Shown in pieces: positions 16,091 to 28,667 of a stretch of 64,000 nucleotides of DNA. The notes under the pieces are model-generated. The model saw only the letters and a list, made by a program, of their open reading frames with translations. It was not told where the DNA came from and searched no databases. The DNA is taken from positions 62,001 through 126,000 of the forward strand of contig NIVC01000149.1 in assembly GCA_002269645.1 (NCBI GenBank). The letters run 5' to 3'. The position numbers and the translations under genes were made by a program. The first letter of the stretch is position 1, and each line of letters starts with the position of its first letter. Origin of the DNA: Macrostomum lignano. Lineage: Eukaryota.

Positions 16091-19075
16091 CGCAATGGTA
16101 CATTGCAAATACTCTCGTAGAATTTGAAAGGTTATCGTATTGAATACATCGTTTGAAAATTTTAACGCTTCGTAGGAATATAGCAAGTAATTAAAGATCA
16201 AAAGATCAAAAGATCCTATACATTATTACATTGAAGTCAACGTCAATGACTAAGAAGGATCATAGCCGTACGAAAATTAAAAACGAGGGGGCCAAATTAC
16301 TGACAGACACCTAATTTTACTTGAGTCAATCAGACTACTAAATTAAATTCTAAGAAGTGCGCGTCGCTGTCGTTCATTGGAAGAGCTGAAGCTTAGTGCA
16401 AATCTAGCCGGTCCGCTCGAACTCGATGGACTCTACCACCCATAGCCGTGTTCAGTCGTGTCTGACCCAAGGTTGATTTAAAAAACCTACGGCTTTTCTA
16501 AGGCTTTTGTGTATAGGAGAATCTAAAAATAAATTTTGACTAAGAAATGGGGGGATTACTTTTTAAAGTGGGGCCATTGCCCTATTGACCCGCGTTCCTA
16601 TGCTTGAAAGAGTAATCAGGGCAGGCCTGAGCCTTCGCACCATAATATTTTCCTCAAAATGACTAGAACTTTTATTATCGCGAAAACAACAGGGATATAT
16701 TAAACTTGTACTAGCTAAAAACCTAATCGGGATTTTTAGATTCTGATTGTCTTAAAATAAAATTTAATACTTGCAGCTTTAAATAGGCGTCGAAGGAATA
16801 ACAATTTGTTTAGATAGACAATTACAAGAAACAAACGGGTTTCAAAAAGTAAGAAAATTTGACTGATTCAAAGTGTAGTAATGTGTGACATTAAGTTCAG
16901 TGTGGTTCGTTGATTAGTTAAACACAATCAATAATTTATTGGGTTAATTTGCTTTAGGTTTATTTGATTACTTTGGTTGTAGGGTTTTAGAGTTATTCAG
17001 TTTTCATATCTTCTGTCAGTACCACAGAATTTGCTGCAGTCCGAATTTGAAACATGGTAAGAACTAGATGATGCTGTCTCTACTGGACAATTCTTTGTAT
17101 GACGATATTTTGAATATTTGATTTAACTTATAACTCTCCAGTATAGTTGTAGAATACCATTGTACAAAAGGAATTATCCAAATTATACACATTTTTTCCT
17201 TTTATTAATTTTTGCCAAATTTGCCAAGATTTTTGCCAAATTTGTTTTTGCCAAATTGGTCCATTGTGAATCTCTGTTGCCAAATTTGTTTGTTGCCAAA
17301 TTGGTTAGCACCCTATAGTATATGCCCAAAAATTTGGCTGTGCATTGGCCATGCATGCCAAAAGTAGGCATGCATAGTTGGTGTGCATCACTCCTAAGAA
17401 CAAATGGTGCATGCATACCTAGCTTGCACTTAATAGAATCACATGCAAGAGTTATTGTAAAGTAGAAAAAAGATGAAGAAAATTCATTTCTAAGTGTAAA
17501 TTTTTAGATTTAGAATTAATTTATTTAGAATTAATTTTTAGATTTTTAAATGCTTTAAAAATAGTTTTGCAAATTAGAATTTATTGGTTTTTAAATCTAT
17601 AGGTTTTAATTGCTTTAAAAAATAATTGCCAAACATAAACAATTTATGTTCAATATCACCATGTACCTTGATATACATTGATATACATTGATATACATTG
17701 AGCCCTATCGCCTGACCCTTCGTCTGGGCTGGGGGAATGAGTGAATGAGCGGCACAAACAACAGAAAAAGCAGACAAACTTCACATGAGTTGAGACTTTA
17801 CATGTAGGCAGAGAATAAGTCAATAAAGAATTGTGTCAAATTTGAAGTCAATCTTTAAAAGTCCATAGCACCGTTCAGGATTAACTTTAAGACTCGAAAT
17901 TGTACACAATTGTGTCAAAATAGTTGAAGATTGAGTGTGTCAAATTTGAAGATGATTGATAGAAGTGGAGCAGTGCTATGGAGCATTTAGTGAAGAAATC
18001 GTGCATTTTTAGCAGTTTTTTTGTACTTTTAGGTGGGAAGACTTGAGTCTAGGAAATTTAAAGGTAGCCTAAGACATTCTTTGTAGTAAGTTTAGGGTGG
18101 GTGTAAAGTTTGGTGTAATTTGGTTGAGCAGTTTGGGAGTCCATAGTGATCAAAATTGTACACAGACACACACACAGACAGAGTTTTGATTTTTATAGGT
18201 AGAGATATTTGGTCTGTTAAAATATTTGTCATAATAAATTATGCCAAGGCTTTTTGTTCTCTTTTAGAATGTCCCATCGCATGCTACCAAAGTTATGGTA
18301 GCAGTGACTTAATTTTTTCTCTTAGCCACTGCCACCAAGTTGTCAAAGTGAGGACCTTTTTCTATCTTATAGCTGTCACAGATATTGTCCTATGGTGTTT
18401 TTTCACTATTATGCCACTTATTATGCCACTATTGTGCCACCAAGTTATCCTTTTAACTTATAGTCTAGTTATAGTCTTGTTTTATCCTTTTAAAATATCC
18501 AATTATTGCTGCTAAAAGTTATTTTAGGGCTCCAAATTAAGTGCCAAAAAGTTGTATTAATTTACTTACTGGTTAAACCTGATTCTTTGGATTAACTTCT
18601 GAATATCAAACCTAAAATAAATCTAAATATTTGTCTGATTATAGGTCTAAGTCTAAAAATAAGTATCTGAGTATTTCTTACTTTTTACTAATGGCATTTT
18701 TACTATCTACTAGTAGTACTTTTATATACTAATAGCATTCTTATTTTTTATTAAGTGCTTTATTGCTGGCCTAGATTTTCTTGCATATGTAATTATTTTA
18801 ATTACCTCTCAATAGTTATCAAGGTATCTAACTCTCCAGTCTTTGAGTGTCCCCAGCCATTAAAGGGTCCCTAGCCATTCTTCTATATACTAGAAATGAG
18901 TTGTCTCTATCTATCTATCTATGTTTGTGATAGAATTAAAAAATGGCTCAACCAAATTTCTTCCAACTTGCACCATTCAATCAGAAATTTTCCCTGATAG
19001 TACATGTGTCTTGGCTAAAAAATTTCCTAATGTTAAAGGGATTAAATATTCAAAAAACATGCTTTTTTGCAAAGG

Positions 19076-20110
19076 TCAAGCAGACTTTTCGACTTGAAAA
19101 TGCATTGTAAGAATGCTAGAGAAAATTCTAACTGGCTGAATTCTGATTCTGATAAACTTTGTCCATTCTGCGGTATCGACTGGCTGCTCGCCTCTGTCCA
19201 AGGCTTCAATGACCAGAGAGGCTGCGCATCTCATCGCAGGTCTTTGTCCATGTTTTCGGTTTTGGGCTGTCACCCTGCTTGTCTGGGGCCATTTCATAGG
19301 AACATTTCGACAAGATAAAACACAACATATTGATGAACATCAGAGTAAATGTAAAAAAATGAACAAGTCAGTGTCAGTTGGTCAACTTGAGCCACCTAAC
19401 TATCAATTGCCTGTCCATTAAGGCAGCGAGGGATGTATGTAAACATGGTGAACATGGTCTTGACTCCATATTGGTGCGCCAGTTCCACAAAGTCATCCCC
19501 ACGATCAGCAGCCTTGATGATGCGGTCTCTGTCACCATTGCTTACAAAAGCACTGCCAAGGCTGCTGTTCCACCGTCTCTTCCTCAATCTATCATCTTCT
19601 TCAATCTGATCTTCTTTTGCATTCACGTCGATTTTTGATGTGCAACGATTGTACAGTACAGTGAAAAGAAAAAATTAGATTAACTTATTAGAATGTATCT
19701 ATCTACACAAATCACTGTTGAAATATCGAGATTCGAAACTGTCAAATATACTTTTTTGCGATTGAATTCGTCCAAACTGCAAAACCTTTCGTCCACAAAT
19801 GCTTTCTTAATGGGAGCTAAATTTAGATCATACCATAGACAACTGTGTTCACGCAAAACGGTTCATCCAGTTTGTAAAACATTTCGTCCCCTAGACTAGA
19901 GACCGAGTGTACTGTTCCTACCATAGTTAACACCCAATTGACAGTTCGCTTTTGCTACCACTACAGCTACAGCAACGCATATCTTCCATTCTGAACCCGG
20001 CAAAACAGTCGAAGATGAACCGAGGCCCCTACCATCCAGTGTCAAACAAAGACCGCAGGCGATTAGCCTTGGCTGTTGAAGAAGGCTGCGATTGGAAACA
20101 ACTGACACTG
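19076..20110. mobile_element. Decayed Tc1/mariner-like transposase N-terminal fragments
   Basis: The minus strand gives VSNGDRDRIIKAADRGDDFVELAHQYGVK and the plus strand MNRGPYHPVSNKDRRRLALAVEEGCDWKQL. The two resemble each other and the first HTH of IS630-Tc1-mariner transposases. No DDE domain is visible. Confidence 0.4.
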
Positions 20111-20333
20111 TTTTTGCTTTGTTCAATATCTCGTGATATCAAATAAAGTCGCTCCGTTTAGCTGTTAGCTGTTTGGACGAAGGGTTTAGACGAAATGTTT
20201 TACAAACTGAATGAACCGTTTTGCGTGAACACAGTTGTCTATGGTATAATCTAAATTTAGCTCCCATTAAGAAAGCGTTAGTGGACGAAAGGTTTTGCAG
20301 TTTGGACGAATTCAATCGCAAAAAAGTATATTT
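19744..20333. repeat. 145-bp inverted repeat (19744-19888 / 20189-20333)
   Basis: The arms are near-identical reverse complements. Confidence 0.9.
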
Positions 20334-20472
20334 CTTTTGAATTTCAAAGTTGCTTGTGTGCGTCACTCGAGGACAATTTTGGCCATAGACAGTCTGAATT
20401 AAAGTTCCGTTTGTTTCTTTAAAAACAATTTTGAAAAATTTCAAAATAGGAGGTAAAATGGTGTAGTGTCGC

Positions 20473-20863
20473 CATGGATGAAGGAATAGAAAGGATCGCT
20501 CATCTGAAAGCGAGTCTATGGCCAAAAGCTCCAAAAATTGGGATATTCCCCCCATGAATTTTATTGGCTAATGAATTTAGTAATAGTGTCCCCCCCTAAG
20601 CTCTTAATGGCTGAGGCTTGTACGCGAGGGAATGCTATAATTTCTTTCCCTTAAGCCGTCGTGGCCCAGAGGAAGAAAGCAGTTAAGATGTCTAACGTTA
20701 ATCATGACTTTGGAATTTCCCTCGCGTACAAGCCCAATGATGTGATAACCTATTCATGGGGGGAATTCATATCGAGATTCATGGGGGAATATCCCAATTT
20801 TTGGAAGCTTTTGGCCATAGACTCGCTTTCAGATGAGCGGTCCTTTCTATTCCTTCATCCATG
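20473..20863. repeat. 87-bp inverted repeat (20473-20559 / 20777-20863)
   Basis: The arms are near-identical reverse complements. Confidence 0.9.
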
Positions 20864-21003
20864 AGTGTCGCTATCTTCATGTTCCAAGGCTCGTATTGTT
20901 CCCTTTTGTCTATGGTTTCCGGCATTCATACTTGCGGTAACAATTTAATTGTTTGTCGGCTTTTTTCGATTGTTGCCGGATTTCAGACGAATGTATTTGG
21001 CTA

Positions 21004-21405
21004 TCAAAACAAGGAACAACAATAGCAACACGGCGAAAGTGTTTCATAGGATGAATAGAAAAGCCTCAGATAATCGTTCAAAAATCGATCCGGAACACGC
21101 TCAAACTCCTGGCAGAGCCCCTTCTCGTTGAGGAACTGTCGGAACCTTGCCACGTGAAGCTTCCGTTGCGTCTCGGTCGATTTCGGCACTGAGTCACTCT
21201 CAAGTCGGTCCAACATTTCCAGATCTTCGCTACCTAGCTCAGGCAGCCCGTTGGAACTGGACGACGCATCCAGGTTGTCCATCTCCAGAACGTAGCGCGT
21301 GCTCGACTCTCGGGTGACAAAAGCCAACTCGTCCGTGGAGAGTCCACATATTTCTCCGCCAGGAATGTTTGCGTAGCGAATCATAGCTACTTTTCCTATT
21401 TGCAC
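21004..21405 (-). pseudogene. Crypton/DUF3504-like tyrosine-recombinase N-terminal fragment
   Basis: PKSTETQRKLHVARFRQFLNEKGLCQEFERVPDRFLNDYLRLFYSS resembles the P-K-x-T...F...LN..L..FY core-binding region of Crypton/DUF3504 proteins. Similarity and ORF end soon after; no catalytic domain is seen. Confidence 0.55.
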
Positions 21406-21809
21406 TCCGAATAGGAGAATTAATTCAAGCTCAAAATCAACTAGAGAATTAACTCATGGCAGCCAGGCTAGCTGTCTTCACTGTCCTTTAAATTTGCCAT
21501 AAACGATTAATTATCTGTACAACCCTTTCATTTAGAGAGCAACTAAATTTGCCATAGACGATTGATTATCTCTACAACCCTTTCAAAGCGCATTCCGGCA
21601 ACAATCGCATTTCATACTCAGCATCCGCACTATGTCTGGGCCATAGACAAGGGAAGTCAAAAGGGTACAATAATGACATGTACCGATTTTTTTCGGCAGC
21701 AATTGCTCTACTAAGCTTCAGCCGCTACGCGGCTTCAGCTTACGCAATTGCTGCCGAAAAGGATCGGTATATATCGTTACATTGTTGCCGATTTGTAGAT
21801 TAGAGTCCG

Positions 21810-24285
21810 ATGGTATGCAGTAAGAAGACATGAGAAGACTAACTTAATGCTCCAAAGCTAAAGTCTTTGGTCAAAGTTTTGGGGCATAGACCCGGGGTTG
21901 CAGTTGTCTTGAATGTAGCGTTCTGCCTCTTTGGATTTAGTCAAGTGTGTGTCAAGAATTTAATCTTCAGTAAAGAAACATTTGCAATATGACTTTACGA
22001 GTATTGACTACTGTCCACGGTCAAAACATGCCCCAATTCAGTTGTTATCCTACGGTGTTTTCAATCATCTCGCCTTCTCCCAGAGCTTCTTCGGTTTTGG
22101 CCCCAGTGCTGAGATTGAAATCCTATTGGATGGCAGCGACACCCGTAAAACGGCAGAGCTGAAGCTCGAGGACGGCAGGAAGGAGCGATTCCCGCTGTAC
22201 TACGACGGCGAGACCGTCTCCGGGAAGGTCAACGTAGTGTTGAAAAAGTCCAACGGCAAGCTGGAGCATCAGGGTATTAAAATTGAGTTTATCGGCCAAA
22301 TTGGTGAGTGAAGCATCCTGCGAATAACTTCAGGCTTTCATATGCTATGCATGCTACTCACTATTAGTTTATCAGTAGTGCAATAAGAAATGATTTTGTA
22401 TTTCTAAACGTTTTTATGAGTCTTTTTAAAGGCTTATCTATACATGCTAGACAATAGAACCAGCTGATCCCCGCCTCCAGACCTGTACTTCGACCGCGGC
22501 AATCGTCATGAGTTCGTCTCCATGGTGCGCGAGCTGGCCAGGCCCGGCATTCTCACGCAGAATGCCAGCTACAATTTTGAGTTCGTCAACGTTGAGAAGC
22601 CATACGAGAGCTATACTGGCAGCAATGTCAAGCTGCGGTGGGTTTTGAATCGTTTTTTTCGTTTGGTACTTTTTCATCTTGGCTTATAGACGCTAAGTAA
22701 AAAAGCGACAGACAGGCACTAAGACAGACAGACAGACAAGACAGACAGACAGACAGACGACAGACAGACAGATAGACAGACAGACAGACAGACAAACACT
22801 AAGACAGGCTGGCAGACAGGCAGGCAGGTAGACAGAGATTTACATAGGCACACAGGGACATATTACATAGGCATGCAGACGCATATTACATATGCGCACA
22901 GTCAAAGGCATATACGGCTCACTCCAGGTATTATTTGCGTGTTTCAATGGTAAAGCGGCTGAGCGATCTGGTGAAGGAGCAGGAGATCTGCGTGCACACC
23001 CTGGCCCAGTATCCGGACCTCAACAGCAGCATCAAGATGGAGGTGGGCATAGAAGACTGTCTGCACATTGAATTCGAATACAACAAGTCCAAGTACCACC
23101 TGAAGGATGTGATCGTTGGCAAGATCTACTTCCTGCTGGTCCGCATCAAGATCAAGCACATGGAGATCCAGGTGATCAAGCGGGAGATCGCCGGCTCCGG
23201 GCCGAACGCGCTCAACGAGAACGAGACCCTGGCCAAGTTCGAAATCATGGACGGCGCCCCGGTGCGCGGCGAGTCCATACCCATCCGGCTGTTTCTGAGC
23301 GGCTACGATCTGACGCCAACTATGCGGGACATCAACAAGAAGTTCTCTGTCAAGTACTACCTCAATCTGGTGCTGGTGGACGAGGAGGAGCGGCGCTACT
23401 TTAAACAGCAGGTTTGAGACCGGCTCTCGCGATGCTGTGGGTTGCTGCTAGCCGGTTCATCTCTGGACATTCGGGAGGGGGGGGTATTTTGTTCGGGTCA
23501 ACTGAACATAATGAAGAATTTTAATACCAGAGGTCATCCAAGGACAATACTAGGGTTATCTAAGGTTAGTATTGTATTAGGGTCAGCTGAGGACAATATT
23601 AAGGTCATCTGAAAATAGTATTTTTAGGTCATTTGAGGACAATATTACGGTCATCTACTAAGGTACTAAGGTTACTATTGGGGTCATCTTAGGACAATAT
23701 TGCAGTTATCGGAAGACAATATTCAGGAGAATAAGTGAATTATAAGCAGATTGAAGCATGTTGTTTTTGTAATGATTGTTTCTTTTTTGAGTCATTCGAA
23801 GTCTCAGTTGAGTCTGGGACTTTTCTAATCTGGTCATCTAAGGACACTATGGTTTGTATGCTGGGCCCATCTGGGGGCACTGCAGTCCGACCGCCCCGCC
23901 GCTGCCACCAACGCAGGAGGTGACGCTGTTCCGCAAGGCTGACAAGAAGCGCCGGCCAATCGCGTCGAACATGATCGAACGGGGCATCTTTCACCACAGG
24001 ACGGCCCAGTTTGGTGGGCCGCAGCCTCCGCCGCAGCCGCAGCAGCCGCAGCAGCCGCAGCAGCAGACTGTGGAAAGTCCCGAGCTCGAGACCGGCTCTA
24101 CTCACGTGTCGCCTGCGATGCCATCAAAACCAGTCGACGCCGCGGGACAATCCGAGGAGCCAGATGATGAAGAGGCGGAAGCTGATGACGATGAAGAGGA
24201 TGAAGATGAGGAACCAGAAGCTGAAGATGAAGATAATGATGGAGCCCGCCAAGAGGATCGGGACAGCAAGAATGGGCAACTGTAG
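21810..24285 (+). CDS. vps26: Retromer subunit VPS26, about 410 aa
   Basis: Exons 21810-21812 (ATG|gtatgc, inferred), 22084-22303, 22481-22637, 22928-23411 and 23917-24285; phases 0/1/2/0 are consistent. Hallmark motifs: YYDGETVSGKV, LEHQGIKIEFIGQI, EKPYESYTGSNVKLRY, IKMEVGIEDCLHIEFEYNKSKYHL, FEIMDGAPVRGESIPIRLFL, VKYYLNLVLVDEEERRYFKQQEV. Confidence 0.95.
22722..22832 (+). repeat. (GACA)n, vps26 intron
   Basis: Seen directly. Confidence 0.9.
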
Positions 24286-24555
24286 CCATGGCTGGAGCAT
24301 CGGCGCCCCAGCTGCCAACTTTACTGTTCTCTTTGTTCTCTCCGCTATCAGCATAATACACGCACCAATTGTTATTAATATGAACTTCTTGTGTTTGAGA
24401 ATGCGGATAAGTTTGGAATTTCCCCACACACAGTGTTTTTCATACGGGGAGGAGAGATGTTCTGTGATTTCCCTTCACTGCCAAATGCTGCGCCTGGTTT
24501 CCATCGGATTTATAACGCCCTGGGTGTCTGCGCGTAGCTTAACTTGCAGGGAGGG

Positions 24556-25395
24556 CAACTGACCCCCACATGTAATATGTAAGGAAGGGTCAAGTGACCC
24601 CCTAGATTTTATATGCAAGGAAGGGTCAAGTTACCCCCTAGATTTAATATGTAAGGGAGGTCAAGTGACCCCTTAGATTTTGTATGTAAGGAAGGGTCAA
24701 GTGACCCCCTAGATTTAAAATGCAAGGAAGGGTCAATTGAGGGGGGCCGTAGCCCAGCGGTAGCGCAGCTGCTCTGGTGTGCCGCGACCCAGGCTCGATT
24801 CCAAGTGCAGCCACATTAATTTGGGGCTGGATTGGAATCTTGGCTTGGCTCGCTTGTGCAATTAACGGCCTTGAGAGCCAACCCCCCTAAGGCGCAGTGA
24901 AGTGTACATGCCTAACAATTGATAAAGTTAGGGCCGCTGTACACTCCTGTGTGAGTGTGTGCCTGCGTAACGTATCCGCGCGCTTGTATGCCTGCTCAGG
25001 GGAGTCGGCGGAATGGGCAGTAATGCCTCTCGCCGGTTGTGTGCCAATGACGCTTAAATTGCTCCAGGGTGCACACAACCCCCCTGCCTCTAATAATAAA
25101 GGGTCAATTGACCCCCAGATGTAATATGTAAGGAAGGGTCAAGTGACCCCAGATGTGATATGAAAGAAAGGGTCAAGTGACCCCCTAGATTTAATATGTA
25201 AGTAAGGGTCAATTGACCAGATGTGATATGTAAGGAAGGGTCAAGTGACCCCCTAGATTTAAAATGCAAGGAAGGGTCAATTGACCACCAGATGTAAAAT
25301 GTAAGGAAGGGTCAAGTGACCCCAGATGTGATATGAAAGGAAGGGTCAAGTGACCCCCTAGATTTAATATGTAAGGAAGGGTCAAGTGACCCCCA
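24556..25395 (+). repeat. ~36-bp minisatellite with the palindrome GGGTCA-NN-TGACCC, split by a SINE
   Basis: Unit AAGGAAGGGTCAAGTGACCCCCTAGATTTAATATGT. Confidence 0.9.
24741..25098 (+). mobile_element. Apparently full-length tRNA-derived SINE, 358 bp, with 13-bp target-site duplication
   Basis: Head GGGGGGCCGTAGCCCAGCGG (A box) and GGCTCGATTCC (B box), with a TAATAATAA tail. AAGGGTCAATTGA is duplicated at 24728-24740 and 25099-25111. Confidence 0.85.
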
Positions 25396-26029
25396 GCTCT
25401 TAGTGTACGAACGGTCGAATAAACTCTGTATGTCTTTAATTAGCAATGTCACAGGGATTGTTTGCCCCCGTCGGGGGGGGGGGGTCTAAAATTATCATAG
25501 CCAGTCGCAGCAATTTTGCCATTCATTCATTCAGATTTCAACAAGTAGTCAATGGTTATATTTTACACACTAACTAGGCTAAAATAAATATATTTGTGAT
25601 TTGTTTAGACAACATCTCGAACGCAATTCCAGCCGCTGATTCTTTGTCACCTCCGCTTCGTAATTAGCATTATTATAATTATTCAAGGCTAATTTTCAAT
25701 TCAATAGCGTGCGATGTTTTTTACTTATTAGTAGGCAGATTAGAGTTTTGCTATTCTTGTTTGGTTTATAGTATGCCATTACCGCATGTGTGATATATAT
25801 AGTGACTCCATTAATTTGGTTCTTAGTACCAGAGTGATTTTGCTGAACAGTTCCTACGTGTCTCACTGGCAGTGCAATATTTTCATTTTGTGTACTTCTG
25901 TAGCATGTAGTAATAAAGGGCCGGATATTTACACTTTCAGAGTACACTCTTAGTTCGTTCTGCTCGTTCCTTCAAGTTTTCACTATTCTACAAATAAAAG
26001 TGTGAACCTTTTTATAGATCTTCACCCAT

Positions 26030-26690
26030 GTACAATTGCCAACACCCATCCAATGTACACTCACCAACCCACCACTCGTACACTCAGAAACCCACCTCAT
26101 GTACACCCACCAACTGCCACCTCTACACCAACCCACCTCATGTACACCCACCAACACCCACCACATGTACACCCACCAACCTACCCCATGTACACTCACA
26201 AACCTACCCCATGTACACCCACCAACTGCCACCTCTACACCAACCCACCTCATGTACACCCACCAACACCCACCACATGTACACCCACCAACCCACCCCA
26301 TGTACACTCACAAACCTACCCCATGTACACTCACCAAACCACCCCATTTACACTCACCAAACCACCCCATGTACACTCACCAAACCACCCCATGTACACT
26401 CACCAAACCACCCCATGTACACCCACAAACCAACCTCATGTACACCCACCACATGTACACCCACCAACCCACCCCATGTACACTCACAAACCTACCCCAT
26501 GTACACTCACCAAACCACCTCATGTACACTCACCAACCCACGCCATGTACACTCACCAACCCATCCCATGTACACCCACAAACCCACCTCATGTACACCC
26601 ACCAACCCACCCCATGTACACTAACCAACCCATCCCATGTACACCCACAAACCCACCTTATGTACACTCACCAACCCACGCCATGTGCTG
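26030..26690 (+). repeat. CA-rich degenerate minisatellite (CATGTACAC(C/T)CAC...)
   Basis: About 28 CATGTACAC cores. Source of the HVHPPT ORFs. Confidence 0.9.
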
Positions 26691-27317
26691 ATAGCAACTC
26701 ACCAGTCAAGTCGAAAGCCCATAAAATTACGGCTCATCAATGTTTAATGACGAGGTCTCAATTTTACTTACTCTCGATTCTTACTACTCACAGTAAGTGG
26801 GTGGCTGCAGTTTTTGTCACAGGGATTTTACGCAAATTCAGTTCAATCGCTGCAATCATGCTGCCACGTGATTTAATTGGATTTTTGTACCTACTATTTT
26901 TGCACCAAAATATTTCCAATAGAAAGTCTATCATTTAGCGATGGCAAGGACTCCGGCAGTGGGAAATCCCTCTGTAATCATTTTCACACTGCCGATTAAC
27001 TGAGCAGATTTCTGCGGTCGATTATTTGTTCCCCGCAATTCTGGCAACCGCGGATGGCGGTCAGTCACTCGTATTTTGTGCCTAACAGTAGTGCATGCTG
27101 CATGCCAACATGTTTGATTGAATTTTACTGAGAAATTGTCTTGTTAATTCTTTATTATTCTGTCAATTTACTGTCTGTAATATTTTTCATAATATATTGA
27201 ATATACGCTCGTAATATCCACTTGATTTTTTGACCGATGCAAGCGTATTTGCGTTTCAGAAAACTGGGATAAAAGCCTGGGTTTCAATTCTTTACAGCCT
27301 TGATTTGCGACAATTGG

Positions 27318-27772
27318 GCACCAGGGAGAGTCAGGGTGCTGGAGGGGGCACCAGGGAGAGTCAGGGTGCTGAAGGGGCACCAGGGAGAGTCAGGGTGCTG
27401 GAGGGGGCACCAGGGAGAGTCAGGGTGCTGAAGGGGCACCAGGGAGAGTCAGGGTGCTGGAGGGGGCACCAGGGAGAGTCGGGGTGCTGGAGGGGGCACC
27501 AGGGAGAGTCGGGGTGCTGAAGGGGCACCAGGGAGAGTCGGGGTGCTGGAGGGGGCACCAGGGAGTCAGGGTGCTGGAGGGGGCACCAGGGAGAGTCGGG
27601 GTGCTGGAGGGGGCACCAAGGAGAGTCAGGGTGCTGAAGGGGGCACCAGGGAGAGTCGGGGTGCTGGAGGGGGCACCAGGGAGAGTCGGGGGTGCTGGGG
27701 GGGGGCACCAGGGAGAGTCAGGGTGCTGGGGGGCACCAGTGGGAGTCAGGGTGCTGGAGGGGGCACCAGTGG
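27318..27772 (+). repeat. 30-bp minisatellite (CCAGGGAGAGTCAGGGTGCTGGAGGGGGCA)
   Basis: About 15 units. Confidence 0.95.
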
Positions 27773-28667
27773 AAATACGTTGTGCTACTTAAGACACCAC
27801 CAGTAAGCAGCAGTTTCTACCTTAAACTGTAAGCGTATCAATTTTACTTAAGGTAGCTAAGTGTTTCTACATCTAGAGAAATTGGTAAAGCCAAGAGATA
27901 GTTGTCATGAGAATCAATCACAAATAACACTAGAGAAGGCAGAGGCAATTCGAGACAGATATACCTGTAAAGAATTCAAAGATCTCGGAGCAGCAATTGC
28001 AGAGCAGCTGCGGAAGAATTTTAACTTCCTCTGGCCAATTACCTTATTGGGCACTCGGTACATGAGAAGTCGTAAAGTCATTTATGGCTGTCATTCCAGA
28101 CTTTTTGGCAGCAGCGCAACACGCCATTGCGGGGGCCGGCCAACCCGTGGTGGTGGTGGTGGGGGGTACCATTTTACAGCCCTGAGCTTCCGGCGTGCAG
28201 AATTCAGTGCTGCAGGTTGGCGACACCGGCCTGTCGACTTCTACATGCTGGCTGGCCTGCCTGGGCTGGATAATTGCTCGCCGCGGTCCGACGTGTCAAA
28301 GCTCGCTGCAGGGGGGGGGATATTGCGGGCAGTTTAGGCAGGACACGATGCGAGACCGGAAAACATGGGAGATGCGGCCGACTGCGCCTGTGTGCCGTAA
28401 AGGGGTTGCGGGGATATTCTTCCCACAAATTGGGGCAAATTGTTTTCCTCTGTGGAGCCTCGGCTTGCTGGTAATAAAAATAAAATTGTCTGCGTTGTGT
28501 GCGCCTGCGCTGCCTACCTGGCTTCAAGAAACTCGGAAGGTCGCTCTTGCTAATTGCTAAAAGCTTGCTTGATCTGGGCTGGGCATCTTGCTGGCGCCTG
28601 GCGCCAACTTTGGCGCAACCTGAGAAAATAGAAATGACATGGAGATGCCTCTCTATTCCATCATGGC

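Noticed and set aside
27861-28337. 158-aa ORF in unique sequence; similar cases at 42755-42985 and 51068-51530
   Set aside because: No recognisable domain, non-ATG starts and no convincing splice partners.
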